This document shows, piece after piece, positions 13,484 through 25,441 of a stretch of DNA of 64,000 nt. The notes under the pieces were generated by a model that had not been told where the DNA came from, did no database searches, and saw only the letters and a list, made by a program, of their open reading frames with translations. Each line of letters opens with the position of its first letter. Positions within the stretch are counted from its first letter, which is position 1. The stretch comes from Octopus sinensis (taxonomy: Eukaryota): positions 26,164,001 through 26,228,000 of the forward strand of contig NC_042999.1 in assembly GCF_006345805.1 (NCBI RefSeq). The letters are read 5' to 3'. The translations under genes were made by a program, and so were the position numbers.

Positions 13484-13809
13484 AAATGAATAAATGAAAG
13501 AATGGAGTCGAACGAAGATTTTAACAAAATTCCTTTACTTTCAACACATGTTTCGAAGACTGCATATTCTTAATTCCGAAGGAATAAAGGGTGCATGGTG
13601 TTCACAGTGAACACCATGTAGGAAGCCATAAAAAAGTTTTTGTCCGTCTTGAGGCTGATAGAGGTTCCTTGTCTTTCCTGATGAGAAGACGGTATAATGC
13701 ACCCTTTATTCCTTCGGAATTAAGAATATGCAGTCTTCGAAACATGTGTTGAAAGTAAAGGAATTTTGTTAAAATGTTCGTTCGACTCCATACTTTCATT
13801 TATTCATTT
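13484..13809. repeat. 113-bp inverted repeat (111/113) around a 100-bp spacer containing a perfect 12-bp hairpin
   Basis: Arms 13484-13596 and 13697-13809. Hairpin catggtgttcac-a-gtgaacaccatg at 13594-13618. Followed by (TA)n. Confidence 0.95.
13673..13755 (+). ncRNA. Minimal type I hammerhead ribozyme, core intact
   Basis: ctttc-CTGATGA-gaagac(42 nt)gtcttc-GAAA-catgt-GTT-gaaag. Stem I is 5/5, stem II is 6/6 with G10.1-C11.1, stem III region contains ACATGT, cleavage triplet GUU. Confidence 0.85.
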
Positions 13810-13884
<75 letters not shown>

Positions 13885-13970
13885 GCATATATATGCATGT
13901 AATTACATATGATGTAAATGAAGATTCCAGTACACATTTTCTTCCACATTGATAATTTAGTATATATATA

Positions 13971-14219
13971 GAAGGAAAAGAATGTGGAGATTCAGATAGT
14001 AATTGTTTATTATTAACAACAAATTAATCATCATCCATTAGAGATGTTTCAATTAACAGTCGGTAAATATTTAGTAAATAATAAATATATGACACTGAAG
14101 ATATTATGCAAAGGGCATATAAATTTCATATATACTTAAAGAGCTGTATGAAATGATGATTAATTTGCTGTTAATAATAAACAATTATTAATTTCCCCAT
14201 CTCCATTTTCTTTTTCTTC
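13971..14219. repeat. Small fold-back/MITE-like element with ~65-bp imperfect terminal inverted repeats
   Basis: Core 14001-14034 vs 14153-14186 has one mismatch. Weaker purine-rich extension to 13971 and 14219. Confidence 0.75.
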
Positions 14220-14367
14220 TTTTATATGAATATAAGCTATATGTTTTCATATATATATACACATATATATATATTATTTTAAGGAAATTAATTTCCCCAA
14301 AATACTAGGTATTGAACCAGTATTTCCTAGGATTGAATCATCCGTTCATAAGGTTAACACCACATTT

Positions 14368-14434
<67 letters not shown>

Positions 14435-14835
14435 TTCAGAAAAATATAGATTCATATGAATATGGTACTTAAGTTAAAGGCACCAGAATTTGGTATGGTA
14501 TTATCCATATAAATCAAATGGAGTGATTATAATCAAAATAAGCAAGAAGGATATCCAAAGGTAGTGTAGTACAATCGTTTCATGCTACTTCATTTAATTA
14601 AATAATGTAAGTATTACATCGGTTTTAAAATGTAGAGCACGCTTCAACCGCATATAGAATTTTATTTAAATTGACAATGTTCATATGTATACTCATTCTA
14701 TTTGCCAACATTACAAAGAGGGTAGATATATTGACAGAGAGGTGAATTTCATCAATAAGAACTTGGTAGTAGATCTTTCCTCGTGGGCAGATTAAAAAAT
14801 CTGCTACCTTTGGTTATGCTTGTTGCTTATTTTAA

Positions 14836-14913
<78 letters not shown>

Positions 14914-14943
14914 CAAAATAAACAACAAGAATATCCAGACGTA

Positions 14944-15031
14944 ATGCTGTACGATCGTTTCAAGCCACTCCATTTAATTGAGAAATGCAATCATTGCATT
15001 AATTTAAATGCAGAGCAATCCTCAGCTGCAT
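14944..15031 (-). ncRNA. Degenerate type I hammerhead (core CUGAGGA/GAAA/GUA intact, stems imperfect)
   Basis: Minus strand: atgcag-CTGAGGA-ttgct...ggctt-GAAA-cgatc-GTA-cagcat. Palindrome ACGATCGT; one mismatch in stem I; U-U pairs at the base of stem II. Confidence 0.55.
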
Positions 15032-16752
15032 AAAGACAGAATTAAATTAAATTAAAGTAGATTGACACATTAGTACAATTTTACCTAAGGCCTCCAACAA
15101 GGTATTTTATTCATTTTATATATTTTTGTACCCCTATAAATTTATACTTAGCTTATATATAACAATATATATATACCGATATCTTCTCAACTTAAAATAA
15201 ACTGATTAGATTTATAATTTAATTAATATATAGTTAACATGTTCTTTCCCCTCAGTGCTCCTTTATTAAATATCAGTAAAACCCAATTGGTCAATCTCCA
15301 TAGATAACATCTAATAAGTTAATATTTAAGTATATAATATGTATACATATTACCTATTTCTATGAAATTTCCTTTTCTCCCTCTATTGTGGTAAAATTTG
15401 GCATATACTCAAAAGTATTCAAAGAAAGTTTATCCTTTTGTTATAATATTATTCTTAATTATCTTCTTGTTAACCCTAAATTTTAACTTTATAAAATATG
15501 GCAATATTGTTTAAAATGGGTTTCGTAATTACTTTATTTTTCCCTTTCTTAAAGTTTCCACCCTCCTGACCTTAGTATTTATAAGAGCTTTTATGTAAGT
15601 AGCCCTTCTAATTAAGTACCTCCAAGGAACTATAATATCATGTATGGAGTAATGCTAACTTCTAAAACCTATGATATACCTCTTAGTTTATAATCAGTAT
15701 ACAATTAGCATGTCCTATAACATCGATATTCCTTTAGCTAATACCAGGTAACAGTCTTTATATGATACAAGCAAAATAAGTAAATAAACAATTTTTAGTT
15801 TAAAATACTTAAATTATTATACATTTTCTATAAATCTTCTCTATTGATCCTAATAAGGTATATATATATATATAGATATACTTTATCCTGGTCTTTAGTG
15901 ACTCAGCTATTATATTCCTTTTCTATGGTGTTTTGCCCTACCTGATCATTTTATTATTTTATTATTTTATAATAGACTTTATTTACAAAATAAATCTATT
16001 ATGATTTAATTAAGTTATAGTTAGCACGATGCTGTACCTCAGTACTCCTTTAATAAATACCAGTAAATAGCAATTGATCAATTCTCACAGATATCAGTTA
16101 ATAAGTTAATATTTAAGTATATAATATCTATAAATATTTCTATGTAATTTCTTTTCCTCCCTCGTGGTAAAATTTGGTATATACTCAAAATTATTCAGAA
16201 AAACTTCTATCCTTTTGTTATAATATTCTTCTTAACAATCCTCTGAATGACCCTAAATTTTAACTTTATACTATATTGCAATATCGTTTAAAATATATGA
16301 TTATAATACGCAATGATAAAATTTCCCCTGTATCATTATCAATGGTCTACTAGTGGCTTGACCCTTTTAATTGTCAGCTGACATCTTGATTTAAGATTTC
16401 TTTAACCGAATCTCATTATATTATTTCAAATTAATCTTAATGGTTTTATGACTATACCCACTATGATTTCTGTCGACTCCCTCAGTCCCCTTCCTAACAG
16501 ACACAGCTCCTTATTCTTTGGCCTTAGATTTTGATATACAAAGATTTGATAAACAAGACTATAAATTAAAACTGACCCCAAGAAATAGTGGCAAGCAAGC
16601 CATCTAACAGGCCTTTCTTCCTGATACCTTAGTAGCTTCTAAGCTGAAGTGAAGACAGCATATTCTTTGTCTATCGCCTTAACATTTTGCAGGTTTTAGG
16701 AAAAATTATACTAATGTGTCCATCTGTTTTAATTTACTTTAATTCTGTCTCC

Positions 16753-16840
16753 ATGCAGGTGAGGACTGCTCTGCATTGAAGTTGATGTAATGATTGCATT
16801 TTTCAATTAAATGGAGTGGCTTGAAACGATCGTACTGCAT
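16753..16840 (+). ncRNA. Degenerate type I hammerhead (C3G mutation)
   Basis: atgcag-GTGAGGA-ctgct...ggctt-GAAA-cgatc-GTA-ctgcat. Stem I is 6/6; palindrome ACGATCGT. Confidence 0.55.
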
Positions 16841-17038
16841 TACCTCTCGTTATACTAGTTGCTTATTTTGATTTTAATCACCTTATTTTGAAATTGTACG
16901 GATAATTCCGTACTAAATTCTGATGTCTCAACTTAAGTACCTAATTCTTCTGAATCTAAATTTTTGCTTATATATATATATACATAGCTGGAAATGGATG
17001 CGTGGCGTTCAATTAAATTATGAACAGTAAATATTATA

Positions 17039-17069
<31 letters not shown>

Positions 17070-17081
17070 GTATACATACAG

Positions 17082-17144
<63 letters not shown>

Positions 17145-17150
17145 ATATAT

Positions 17151-17184
<34 letters not shown>

Positions 17185-17185
<1 letters not shown>

Positions 17186-17460
17186 GGGTACTAGACATCA
17201 CCGACGGTTCAATTCAAACAACATGAAATATATAAACGAGAACAAATGGAAAACAGGACAAATAAACACAGAGAAAGGATCCCTGATCAGTTGTCGGCTG
17301 CCTATCTACTCCTCATTTCGAGCATTCAACCACAATATGAGTCTTCAGAGACAGTTGCTTCCATAAATCCTAAAATAAACTTCATGGTTTATGGAGGGTC
17401 AAATTTGGTAACAAAAACATGACATTGGAAGCATACAAGGAAACCAACACACTAAAACAT
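17185..17460 (-). mobile_element. Penelope-like 3' end / pseudo-LTR fragment
   Basis: Minus-strand FVTKFDPP resembles the PLE C-terminal FI..FKP.LN. It is followed by an HHR-like CTGAAGA...GAAA and a T-rich pseudo-LTR-like tract ending at (TA)n. Confidence 0.4.
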
Positions 17461-19335
17461 TGAGGGTCGTTAGACCGGAAGTAGAAGAAAAGAATGATGG
17501 TCACGTGAGGAAAAGAATAATGGATGATGGTCATGTGTGAGCAACAAGAAAGAGAGACATAGAAAGAAAGATAGAAAGTGATGAAGGCGGGTGGGGGAGA
17601 AAGGGGGATTAGAGAAGGATGGAGGAAGAAAACAATATAAAGATGACCTTTCTTTCTTGGCTTGACTACCGACCGGGAAACAAATCCATCTTCTATTTTC
17701 CTGCCTCAAGGCTTTCAGTCTACACACAGCAGCTCTATTCAATTCGTCTTTATTAGTCGAAAGACACCTGCTGTTATCTTCTTGTTTGTATTTGTAATTG
17801 TGTAACATGGTTTCCATTTTTTGTCTCTGTTGCCGTAAGCATTCACTTGCTTTCTTACAAAATCTGATGCTCCCAGCTTAGAATTTTGGGGGCAAGCGTA
17901 TTTGAACTGTCTCAAGTGTAACTGCCCGAAACTGTAAGGAGAACCCGGAAACTTGACTGATGAAAGAAGGCAACGAATGAACCTTACTTGTTTTGTTCCT
18001 GTAGTTCTATTTGTTGTTTTTCCTGTCCGCCTTTGTAACTTCGATCTGTTCGGATGTTTTATTACATATATTGCGTTTTTGATTCCATTTTAAATATGTA
18101 TATATAAATATAGCGGCGTACGTACACTTTTGATCACCTTATATATATATATGCATATGTATATATTTGTGTATTATGTGTTTTTTTTAAATCAAGTGGT
18201 TTAGAGAAGCTGAGAAGGAGAGACATTATTCTGTCACTACATAAATATATGAAGAAGATGTCTACTGATTCATCGCTATCACAGTAACATAAATATGTGA
18301 TTTATGTTGATAGGCTATATTTAAGGAATGCCACGTTTGTGGATTATAAGATGGAAAGAATATAGACACGTTGTAAATCTTGAGAGCAGAATAGTATTAG
18401 TTGTTGAAAATCGATGACAATGAGAGATTTCTCTTGCACATTGCAGGAGAGGATCACTTTGCTTTGTAATTTAACATTTCGTTATATTGAATAGAGAATA
18501 TATAAATATAAAATAATCAATTTTATTTTGCTGACGCAAATCCTTGAGGCTATGATAATTGTATTGTTCTACAAACATTGTTATTCGGTATTAACTGTCG
18601 TGTTACATCTGCTGAGATTTAATGGAGATAAATTACATAACAATCATGCAAAATGCTGTAACTTATATAGTAATATTGAAAATGGCAATATGATGAGTAT
18701 GCAGTTATTTACACAAAAACAGTATGAAATCATATTGAATTAATATTTTTGATTTGTATTTGTGAAGATATTGGAAAACTGAAGAAGGTCTTCGTATTTG
18801 ATATCTAATATTTCACTATCTCTTTAAAATATGAATGTAAAAACATTCAACATTATTTCTAACTTGCACATAATACGATTTATAATTCAAATATTTTGAA
18901 ACGTGTAATCTTAAAAATAATTTCTGAAATATTACAAAAACATTCTTGTTTCAAATATTCAAATGCATTTTCTTCTCTAGGTTTTCGCAATTTTTTTCTA
19001 ATCTGAGGATCACAACTGAAATTCTATCGCATTAAATTGTGAATGAGAAGTGAACATCAATTGCTTCTTAAAATATCTGATAAAAAGTAAAACGTTTGGT
19101 GACTATATTATTTAGTATGCCATAGGCTTAACATCAATAATACAACATGTACTACAGATAAATAATATTTCTCCAATGCATATGAAATCTTCAAACATGT
19201 GAGGAATTTTCAAGTAGGAAATTTTAATTCCATTTAATGTTTGATAAATACCTAATTTTAATTTAATATCAAAATGTTTGCAAAAGTTTATCGATTTGCG
19301 ATATTACGTTTGCGCTGGTAAATGTTTGGAAACCA

Positions 19336-19394
<59 letters not shown>

Positions 19395-21229
19395 CTGTAT
19401 TGTCTTCATAATACATATACTATAAAACATATTGCCATATATATTTACCTTGAATTTAATAAAAGACTTTGTAACAGAAAGCGCCTAACAATATTTAGAT
19501 GTGAATATGCTGATGAACTAACATAAGAACTGTAGTATTGGCACAGAAAATATGCAGTTGATGGGGTGCTAATTGTAAATTCAAATAGAGGATAATACAA
19601 AAACCATGCATATTATAAGTCTACTAGATATTTAGGTGATTATTGTAGGTAAGGGATGTCTCAAAATTCAAAACCCTGGTGAAACAGCGCTACATATATT
19701 CTGAACAAATATCCAGACTTTACTCTGAGTCGAACTTCATTTCTGCTTTTGAGAGTGCTGTAAAACAATTGTAACGTAAACAAGAGACATCAAAGTAAGT
19801 GTCCTTGTGTATACTGTTAACTCCCTAGAAATAGCAGGAAAAGTCCCTCATAATACACACTGTCACCTTCAAAATGTTAAAGGCCCATTTGACTATGTAG
19901 AGTTTGCTATAATCCGGAGAACAGCAACGCAAACTCCTCGGGCAATTGCAGATAACTATTTATAGAAAAGAGAAGCCCAGACGCAAACACTAACACAAAT
20001 TTCTATGGTTGTCAGAAATGTAAAAGAAATCACGGTTATATCAGGTTGCAAGTAAAATAGTACTTAACAGAAGAAAATTTCACCTTATTCCTAGTTGATC
20101 TGCATAGGTCTGTAATATATACAGTTGAACATTCTACTTAGGTGTTTAAGCATAATTTTGACTAGTTTATGCATTCATATTAATATTTCTTTTTTAGTAA
20201 GTCGGTCACTAAACTGGTTTTCCAGTTTTTGATTTTACATTATTTTATTATTTCTTTTTTTCTTTTTCTTCAAACGTAAAACAAGGATTTATATTGATTC
20301 CTGTCTCTCATATATTATTTATTGCTCTCACTTAGGTTCCTTTACATTTATTGAATTTATGTGTCCCACTGGAACATAATTACTTCAACACAAGTCAATA
20401 TATACGAGCATGTATGTAACATTTTTTTTTTGTTTTATAAAGGCAACAAACAGTTTCACAGCGTTAATCAAATATACTAGCGAGAACAGAAATAATATTT
20501 TTCAATATTACATTATGATTTTCGGTTTGAAGTAAACGATATACATGTAGTTTGAACAGATAATGATTAACTCGAGAAAAAATAAATAAAGAAGCATTAG
20601 CATGGCAAATAACATTTCAGAGCAGAATTGAATATCACTATATTACCAGCACAAATTTAATTTAAATTGAAAGAAAAATTAAATATTTTAAATATTAGGA
20701 TTAAATCCCCATAATATGAACATTCCATTCGTATTCAATGTGTTTTAACGATTTGAATGCATACAAACTCTGTGTGTAGATTATATATTTGGAAGCAAGG
20801 ATGAGCATGAAAAAATGTGACAACAAATAATGGGTACAATTACGAGTTCAAAATCGAAATTCCTGAACTGAAAGATTAGCACCAGCTATAACTGTAAGTC
20901 GTATTTCTAAAAATATTTTTTAATGTATCTGCCAATGATTGGGTAAACATAAATTTTAAGAATTGGTGATCTGCCGTACGTGATAGGGTTTCGGTGGTTA
21001 TCGTGACCCTCTCATTGCTGTGTTTTGTATTTTACCCAAGCAACAAGTTTCGGTGATTGACAACAACACTATGTTATTTCGTGGGCTTTCTTGTAATCGC
21101 ATGCACGGCAATTATTGATATTGCTGGTGATCCCAGCTCTAAAAGTACGTCATAGGATAATGTCTTACCCAGTTAATCCGTTTCACTGGCTATTGAATCA
21201 ATGATTTCGCACTCCGTTGCCTACAACAA

Positions 21230-21465
21230 CGACTGTTTCTGTTGATTCGATTAACGCAGTTCTCAGGGAGATTCAGCGTGACACAGAATGTGAAAATACT
21301 GGGATTCTGAAATACAGACACAACTTATTTTTGCCAGCTGAAGGGACTGGTGGAATAGAATGTCTTGCTCTTGGACCCAATGCACCGTCGGGAACTCATG
21401 ACCTCACGATAGTGAGCCGGATACCGTTAACACATAACCAAGTGCCTTCACTACTGGTTTTGCAC
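21230..21465 (-). mobile_element. Decayed tRNA-derived SINE sharing its tail with family C
   Basis: 21251-21323 resembles 30899-30970 (cagcgtgacacaga...tgaaatacag). Confidence 0.6.
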
Positions 21466-21476
21466 ACAGATTTTCA

Positions 21477-21641
21477 GGCGCAGGAGTGGTTGTGTGGTAA
21501 GTAGCTTGCTTACCAACCACATGGTTCCGGGTTCGGTCTCACTGCGTGGCAAGTTGTGTAAGAGACTTCTACTGTAGCCTCGGGCCAACAAAAGCCTTGT
21601 GAGTGGATTTGGTAGACGGAAACTGAAAGAAGCCCGTCGTG

Positions 21642-21690
<49 letters not shown>

Positions 21691-21910
21691 TTATGTGTGT
21701 GTCTGTGTCTGTGTTTGTCCTCCAACATCGCTTGACAACCGATACTGGTGTGTTTACGTCCCCGTCACTTAGTGGTTCGGCGGTCGAGACCGATAGAATA
21801 AGTATTAGGCTTACAAAGAATACGTCCTGGGGTCAATTTGCGCGACTAAAGGCGGTGCTCCAGCATGGCCACAATCAAATGACTGAAACAAATAAAAGAA
21901 TAAAAGAATA
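21477..21910 (+). mobile_element. tRNA-derived SINE, family B, with internal (TA)n(TG)n
   Basis: ggcgcaggagtgg...ggttcggtc head; homologous to 62298-62762. Confidence 0.85.
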
Positions 21911-22738
21911 CGCTTCAATAAAGTTTTGGAGAATGGGAAGCACATTGGAATTCTATGGTATTGAAATGTACGGAATATATGGAAAAATGAATTGTACTGA
22001 AGCTCTTTGTAGAAGTCGAAGGCTAGAGATGCCTTCAGGCGAGCCTTTTGTTGTCAATCGCTTGTACATGATATGAGTAGGTTGGGTTCCAATTTCTATT
22101 ATGTTTAAACATTTAGGGGCATTGTGAAAATCAGTACGCTATGTTGTATTATGTTTAGGAGAGTGTATATTCCTTTATAATTTGAGAGTCAACAAAGAGA
22201 TGTATATTCTTTCATATTTTGAGTGTCAAAATGTTTGTGGAATTCCAAATGGCTTACAACTCTCTGCACAATTTAGAGCAGAGCAATGAATAAATTGATG
22301 AACCGATTGACCTAGACATTGAATGATCGATAGCTCATAATGTACGGGGAAACGATGTTAGACACATGTAAATCTACACATTTCTGTGCGTTCAAATATG
22401 TATATCCTATGATCGTGATCTGTGTACGACTGTAATGTTACTTGTCGTTATCGACCTCATAAAACAATGGAATAATTTACAATTGTATATATGAAAATAT
22501 ACGAGCGTACGATGGTCTTACGGAGACGATGTGGTGTGCGATCGCGATTTCGCGGGAGTAACTTGGGATGCTTGGTCACCCTAACACATGTTGGGTGAGT
22601 ATTTGCGTCTAAATATTTTCTGTAAGCGCACCTATAAGCATCTGCGAGCTTGTGTGTGTGTTTATGTTTCAATATAAGTATTTAAATTATTTACATTATT
22701 TACATTCGACAGATAGTGTCCTCATCTTGTTTGTTGTT

Positions 22739-22786
22739 AACACAACGTTTCGGCTGATATAAATTCCAGCCTTATTCAGGTATCTT
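22739..22786 (-). ncRNA. Degenerate minimal hammerhead (G8U), extra-A variant
   Basis: Minus strand: agatac-CTGAATA-a-ggctg(10 nt)cagcc-GAAAC-GTT-gtgtt. Palindrome AACGTT. Confidence 0.7.
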
Positions 22787-22823
22787 AGGGAAATGTTTCG
22801 ATGTTTTGTTGTTATTATCATCA

Positions 22824-22889
<66 letters not shown>

Positions 22890-22927
22890 TCCGAGTTCGA
22901 TTCCAAGCAGTGACCTGAACAAAACAA

Positions 22928-23001
<74 letters not shown>

Positions 23002-23053
23002 CAACAACGAAAAATACCTTAGGAATGAGAACCCAGCTTCGAAATATCGCTAA

Positions 23054-23100
23054 GGCACCTGAAGAAGCCTGGAGAGTATATCAGCCGAAAAGTTGTGTTT
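23054..23100 (+). ncRNA. Degenerate minimal hammerhead, extra-A variant
   Basis: ggcac-CTGAAGA-a-gcctg(10 nt)cagcc-GAAA-a-GTT-gtgttt. One mismatch in stem II; C15.2 changed to A. Confidence 0.7.
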
Positions 23101-23672
23101 ACAATAAACAAGATGAGGACAAAATCCGTCGAATGTAAATAATGTAAATAATATAAATAATTCCACATCTCTTGAATATAGAACTGCAATATAAGAATTT
23201 GTCCGGTCGTATGTATTTGAATGCTCATGAACTGACTTACAATACGTTTCGGGACAGGTTAAGAAAGGCAACATACTGTAAATGATTATGCGCCAGGAGT
23301 TCAACTTCACAATAACGAGAGCTATTGGGTAATTAAGGGGCGTACGCCTGAGTGGTAATAAGGGTTTGAATACAACTCTCAATTCAGAGACACAGTGGTT
23401 TCATGATGAGCTCGCTAATAGATTCCAGTAAACCATGTACGAAGTTTCCATGTCTACCATAACTTCTGACTAAATTAATATATTTTCATAGCCCTGATGT
23501 GGCTACAGTTTCTACTTTCCTGTTACACTTAGAAATGTTGGTTCTCATACATGTTTAATTAGCCTTATTGAATTAAGAAAAGTAATTATTTTACAAATAG
23601 TGACGCCTTCCCAGCTTACAGTCGTCGACAATACGGGTTCTGTGTGCGCACGCGTGTGTTTGTTTATGTGTT

Positions 23673-23749
<77 letters not shown>

Positions 23750-23803
23750 CATACATGAAAGCGTGTTTATATATTCATGTATATGTATGTGTGTGTGCAT
23801 ATA

Positions 23804-23834
<31 letters not shown>

Positions 23835-24064
23835 TTACATATACCTACAACCGTCACTGAATTATTTATTCGCAAAAATTTCTATTTTACTCTGCCAACC
23901 AGTATACAATGCTGTACACTCCTTTGGCCGATTATTCTTTAACAACACCTACAAATACTATAAGATGAATAGCAAGCACCTTAGGATGAAAAGCAGCATG
24001 TGAAAAGTTGTCTCCCCTATCATTGAGAAAAATATTTTGTTTAATCAGAGTGTGAAATATATTT

Positions 24065-24710
24065 TTCGAATTTGGAACAAAGTCAGTAGGTTCGGGTGAG
24101 TTTATTAGTCCATTACATCGGCACCAGTGTTTATCTTGTACTTATTCTATCGACCCTGCGATGAAAGACTAAGTCGATCTCAGCAGAATTTGCACTCAGG
24201 ATGTGAAGACGGACGAAATGTCGCTAAGCATTTCGTTCGGCGTGGTAACGATTCTGCAAGATCGCCGACCTATCCATTGATTAGACATTGATTTCAAATT
24301 ACACCACTAAGCAAACGACTTCGGGGGAGGAAATTTGATTACATCGACCCCAGTACTCAACTGGTACTTATTTTTCGACCCCGACAGGATGAAAGGCAAA
24401 GTCGAACTCTGTGGAATTTGCACTCAGAACGACGGACGGAATACCGCTAGTCATTCTACTCGGTGTATTAACAATTGTGTTAGTTCGCCACCTTTCTATA
24501 CGTAAATGTTGATTTCAAATTTTGGCACAAGAACAACAATTTTGGGCAAATTACATCGATCCCAGTTCTCAAAAGGTACTTATTTTATCGTTCTCGGAAG
24601 AGTGAAAGGCAAAGTCGACTTGGGCGGAATTTGAACGCAAAACGGAATGACGGACCAAATGCTGCTAGACATTATAGCCGACATGCTAAAGATTTTGCCA
24701 GCTCAGCGCT
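24065..24710 (-). mobile_element. Three tandem family-A SINE copies
   Basis: Copies at ~24065-24258, ~24290-24492 and ~24506-24710, each with the gaaaggcaaagtcgac-type core. Confidence 0.8.
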
Positions 24711-25185
24711 TTTCTATACATAAATATCAACTTACCATTTGGATTAGTATATGCAATGCATATTTCAACTGAAAATAAGCAACGTATATGATAGGAGAAA
24801 CTATAGAGTTCGTTTAAAGGCAATAACGTCTCAAAATACATGGTTCATAATACACACAGCCTTATAATCCATCGATGCAACTAATTTGCTGAGCGTCTTC
24901 CCAAAACTCTTCCTCTCTCTCCCATTCTTTCTCTGTCTTCGTGTGTAAGAGGTAGTTATATATGCTAATATCTAAAAAATGTACAGAAATGGGTACGCAA
25001 TTTCATGTGGATATACATACATACATACATACATACATGCATACATATATACACACAGACATATATATATATATAGGTAGATATATGTATGTATATATGA
25101 AAAGTCACAGTCGATCACAGCACCAGTAACAGTTAAGCTTCGTGCAATGGCCATACTCGATAACGAGGGGGCAGCCATCAGATAT

Positions 25186-25441
<256 letters not shown>

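Larger units (their letters stand above)
14432..16969. mobile_element. Decayed Penelope-like element with inverted and tandem pseudo-LTR copies and a duplicated GIY-YIG-region remnant
   Basis: 14432-14640 vs 16770-16969 are inverted. 14911-15075 is a further direct copy of the left arm. Internal direct repeat ~15200-15510 vs ~16000-16295 has minus-strand YIP/YMP and LIKEH traces. Flanked by (TA)n. Confidence 0.65.
22688..23190. mobile_element. tRNA-box/(AAT)n/HHR retroelement with an inverted 3' copy (back-to-back)
   Basis: 22688-22801 is the reverse complement of 23039-23150. The centre holds (TAT)n, a B-box-like ccgagttcgattcc at ~22891, and (AAT)n. Homologous to 60055-60320. Confidence 0.75.

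Noticed and set aside
17950-18000. CTGATGA at ~17957 as a hammerhead
   Set aside because: No stem II followed by GAAA.
19645-19800. Possible exon with AG acceptor and GTAAGT donor
   Set aside because: The longest frame stops before the donor and no product is recognisable.
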